A stretch of 64,000 nucleotides of DNA from positions 736,001 through 800,000 of the forward strand of contig OZ244070.1 of NCBI GenBank assembly GCA_965215605.1, in the 5' to 3' direction. Under the pieces are notes generated by a model. The model saw only the letters and a list, made by a program, of their open reading frames with translations, did not search any database and was not told where the DNA came from. The stretch's first letter is position 1. Each line of letters starts with the position of its first letter. The position numbers and the translations under genes were made by a program. Below are positions 60,907-64,000 of this stretch, in pieces. Source of the DNA: an uncultured Candidatus Binatia bacterium (GTDB lineage: Bacteria; Desulfobacterota; Binatia; UBA9968; JAJDTQ01).

Positions 60907-61902
60907 CTACTTGTCTTCCAGGCCGCGCGCCAGCTCCCGGATCTGCTTGCCGTACTCCGGCGAGTTGGGCAGGTACTTCTTCCAGGAGGACTCGTACGCC
61001 ATGGTGCGGAATTGCTTGGCCTCGTCGCCCTTGAGCTCGATGATCTTCATGCCGTGCTTGTTCACCAGCGCATCGAGCTCCTTGTCGATGAGCCCCTGGA
61101 AGTATCCCGGCGTCCACTTCTCCACCGCGACGATGGAGTCCGTAATGACCTTCTGCTGCGCCGGCGTAAGCTTCTTCCAGGGCTCCAGGCCCATGTACAG
61201 CCAAGTCCGTACCGTCCAGAAGTACGGCTTGAGCATGCAGCAGACCTGCTCGTAGAGCTTGTTCCCGAGGGTGCCGATGACCGGGGAGAAGTACCCGTCC
61301 ACCACCCCGCGCTCCAGGGCGTTGTAGACTTCCGGCCATTTCACCGTGATCATGGTGGCGCCCAGGGCCTGCCCCAGCGGCAGATAGGTCGGCGTGCTGC
61401 GCATCTTCTTGCCCTTGAAGTCGGCCAGGCCCTTCACCGGCTTCTTGGTGAAGATGGCGAAGCCCACGGGGCCCGAGGTCAGCCCCAGGAACTTCACGCC
61501 CGCCCGCTTCTGGACGATGCCGTCGAAGTACTTCGTGACCCCGGCCTCTCGAAGCTCGGCGGTCTTGCCGACGAAATACTCGAGAAAGACCCCTTCCGGT
61601 ATCTTGGCCGAATCGTAGGCGCCGGCGCCGTTCAATATGTCCAGCGTGCCCCGCTGCACCAGACCCAGCATCTCGAACGGCGACGAGATCTCGGGGCCGC
61701 CCTTCCAGTCCACCCGCATCTTGCCGCCGGACCTCTTCACGACCTCTTTCTGAAACTGCCAGAAACCGTTGTTGAAGTCGTTGTGTTTCGCCCACGCGGT
61801 GGCGCCCTTGAGCACCAGCTCGGGCTCGGCGGCCGGTGCGGCCGTCGCGATGACAAGACCCATGGTGAAAAATGCAACGATACAGCCAAGTGCCCTTCTC
61901 AT
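60907..61902 (-). CDS. dctP: TRAP transporter substrate-binding protein
   Basis: Signal peptide, GGPE, DFKGKKMR and EVYNALERGVVDG. Confidence 0.9.
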   Translation of the reverse strand: MRRALGCIVAFFTMGLVIATAAPAAEPELVLKGATAWAKHNDFNNGFWQFQKEVVKRSGGKMRVDWKGGPEISSPFEMLGLVQRGTLDILNGAGAYDSAKIPEGVFLEYFVGKTAELREAGVTKYFDGIVQKRAGVKFLGLTSGPVGFAIFTKKPVKGLADFKGKKMRSTPTYLPLGQALGATMITVKWPEVYNALERGVVDGYFSPVIGTLGNKLYEQVCCMLKPYFWTVRTWLYMGLEPWKKLTPAQQKVITDSIVAVEKWTPGYFQGLIDKELDALVNKHGMKIIELKGDEAKQFRTMAYESSWKKYLPNSPEYGKQIRELARGLEDK

Positions 61903-61947
61903 GGATTCGTCCTCCCTTTCGTCGGCCCTGTTCTCCGATGCCGGGCC

Positions 61948-61977
61948 AGACTAGTACCCTTGCCGGAAGGCTGTCAA
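61948..61977 (-). promoter_or_regulatory. sigma70-type promoter of the TRAP operon
   Basis: Minus strand reads TTGACA-N18-TAGTCT. Confidence 0.55.
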
Positions 61978-62078
61978 GGACAACTTGGCGTGCCTCCGAC
62001 CGGCCTCCGGTTCGGCCTCGAAGCGATGCCGAACCGGTTGTCGCGCGGATTTGCCCGGGACGGCGTTTCGCGGTATCG

Positions 62079-62104
62079 GTAGGGGCGGACGGGGAAACCG
62101 CCCT
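62079..62104 (+). repeat. degenerate GTAG-type REP
   Basis: GTAGGGGCGGACGGGGAAACCGCCCT. Confidence 0.55.
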
Positions 62105-62143
62105 CGACAAAGCGCCGACATGCCCCGCACGGGAGGAAGTCCA

Positions 62144-62470
62144 ATGGGTACAATCGAAGAGAAGATAGGCGCGGACTACCTGCGTCTCCTGGCAGCCAGA
62201 CAACGCCTTTCCGTCCTGGACAGCGAAGCAAAGAAGATGGTCGGCAACCTCAACATGGCCGTCAGCCTGCTGAGCGGGAAAGAGACCGGCCATTACGGCG
62301 ACGACGGCAACTACCATGTCCACAATCGCCCTAATAGCGGCGTTCCGCACCGGCAGTTGACGCTGCCCACCGTCGAAGAGCTGAGCAAGGTCATCGAGTA
62401 CCGGAAGCTGGCCAAGGACGAGCTGGATTCCCTGGCGAAACAGTTCAAGGAGCTGGAGGCCAAGCTTTGA
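62144..62470 (+). CDS. hypothetical protein (helical / coiled-coil)
   Basis: GGAGG RBS, 108-aa ORF with host-like codon use, no recognised motif. Confidence 0.6.
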   Translation: MGTIEEKIGADYLRLLAARQRLSVLDSEAKKMVGNLNMAVSLLSGKETGHYGDDGNYHVHNRPNSGVPHRQLTLPTVEELSKVIEYRKLAKDELDSLAKQFKELEAKL

Positions 62471-62483
62471 GGGATGGGGGAAG

Positions 62484-62556
<73 letters not shown>

Positions 62557-62636
62557 AGAGTTGAAAATATTGCCGAAAATCCCGGACGCGTCAACAAGGG
62601 CGGTGTGCGGGATGTCGTTTCCGGAGGTTTTTGCCC

Positions 62637-63719
62637 ATGACACTACTGTTGAGCAATGAAGAGATCGACCGGATACTGACCATGGATATGGCGCTGGAGT
62701 GCGTCGAGCGGTCACAGCGGTCGCTGGAGGCCGGGGAAGCGGTCAACAGCCCGCGGGTGGACACGCTGGCTCCCACCACCGTCGGCGAAACCAAGGGGGT
62801 CTACAGCCTCAAGGCCATGAGCGGTCTGTGGCCGGACGAGGGCATGGCCGCGTTGCGCATCAACAGTGACGTGCTGATCTGGCCGGAAGTCTCGGGCAAC
62901 GTCCGGCGCGACCGGCTGCCCTCCGCCGACGGCCGCTGGAACGGCCTGATGCTGCTGTTCAGCATGGAGACCGGGGCGCCAGTGATGATCTGCCCGGACG
63001 GGTACATCTCGCGCATGCGGGTGGGCGCGGCCAACGGCCTGGCGGCCCGCTACCTGGCCCGTGATGACGCCTCGGTGATGGCGCTACTCGGCACCGGATG
63101 GCAGGCCGGCGGACAGTTGATGGCGCACTGCGCGGTGCGGCCCATCACCGACGTCAAGGTGTACAGCACCAACCCCGCGAACCGGGAACGCTTCTGCCGG
63201 GAGTTGGCCCCGCGTGTGAAGGCCCGACTCACGCCGGTGGAGTCGGCGGACGAAGCGGTGGAGGGGGCCGACCTGGTGGTGACCGGGACCAACTCCATGG
63301 AGCCGGTCCACCAGCAGCGGTGGCTGCGCCCCGGCGTCCACTACAGCGCGGTCAAGGTGCAGGAGATGGACTACGACTTCCTGGAGACGGTGGACCGCGT
63401 CTTCCTGTTCTCCAGGAACCCCGCCAACATCCGGCCGCAGGTCTACCGCACGGAGTCCGTGGACACGCCGGAGGGGGCCGGCGGCTGGTGGGCTGAGCGC
63501 ACCACGCCGCTCTGGGAACGTCTGGAAGAGTTGCCCCGTGCCATCATCGGCGCGGTGGAGGGACGCCGGTCCGCGGAGGAGACCACGGCCTTCGTCAACA
63601 ACGTCGGCCAGGGCCTCCAGTTCGCCGCCGTGGCCCAGCGGGTGTACCGGGAGGCCGTCGACAAGGGCGTCGGCCGCACCATGCCCACGGAATGGTTCAC
63701 CCAGGACGTGCATCCGTAG
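62637..63719 (+). CDS. ornithine cyclodeaminase / mu-crystallin family protein
   Basis: NSPRVD, MRVGAANGLAARYLAR, LLGTGWQA, VTGTNS and NNVGQGLQFAA. Confidence 0.88.
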   Translation: MTLLLSNEEIDRILTMDMALECVERSQRSLEAGEAVNSPRVDTLAPTTVGETKGVYSLKAMSGLWPDEGMAALRINSDVLIWPEVSGNVRRDRLPSADGRWNGLMLLFSMETGAPVMICPDGYISRMRVGAANGLAARYLARDDASVMALLGTGWQAGGQLMAHCAVRPITDVKVYSTNPANRERFCRELAPRVKARLTPVESADEAVEGADLVVTGTNSMEPVHQQRWLRPGVHYSAVKVQEMDYDFLETVDRVFLFSRNPANIRPQVYRTESVDTPEGAGGWWAERTTPLWERLEELPRAIIGAVEGRRSAEETTAFVNNVGQGLQFAAVAQRVYREAVDKGVGRTMPTEWFTQDVHP

Positions 63720-64000
63720 GGACGGGGTTCAAACTTGGCTGTGTAGCGTACTTCCTACCGCCGGCCGCCGGTAACTATCTGAAAACAAATCAGTAAGACT
63801 CTCCGCTTGAAAGACTGGATGATTCGCTCACGAACAATCAACACATGGTCAACTGAGACCGGCGATTGACGCCGGCCCGGTGGTCCCCGCGCTTCCCGGA
63901 CTACCGAATCTCTCCGTCATTGAAGCACGGTCGTGCGCACGGCCCGGAAAATGAATTGGTGCCTAAGTGGTACCCAGAAGAACCCTTGCAATCTCGTCGT

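Overview
GC-rich bacterial chromosome segment. Gene order (rpmE-prfA-prmC-murA-his) and many amidohydrolase, MFS, TRAP and OCD paralogs suggest a deltaproteobacterial or Binatia-like lineage. Secreted ankyrin and Sel1 proteins hint at a host-associated lifestyle such as a sponge symbiont; both points are inference only. Core genes: rpe, tal, tkt, tandem-domain thyX, radC, moaC, trxB, hisFAHBD, murA, prmC, prfA, rpmE, zwf, rsmE, prmA and tRNA-Phe. Catabolic and transport genes are interspersed: four tandem MFS transporters, a Mo-bisPGD oxidoreductase, amidases, amidohydrolases and a TRAP system. Accessory DNA: (i) a lower-GC islet at about 12.15-14.2 kb encoding an unusual protein with a (Gly-Cys)13(Ser-Cys)2 tract, followed by a secreted Sel1-repeat protein (the top candidate for a novel system); (ii) a decayed mobile-element patch at about 35.9-38.75 kb (higB/higA remnants, integrase fragment, IS21 end) around an intact DARPin-like ankyrin gene; (iii) a lone HNH nuclease. 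Three small dispersed repeat families interact with genes: a palindromic element translated in-frame inside PrmC, GTAG-type REPs that supply stop codons, and a CTAGTGTCC motif. No CRISPR array or rRNA was seen. All calls come from motif recognition by eye; no database searches were run.
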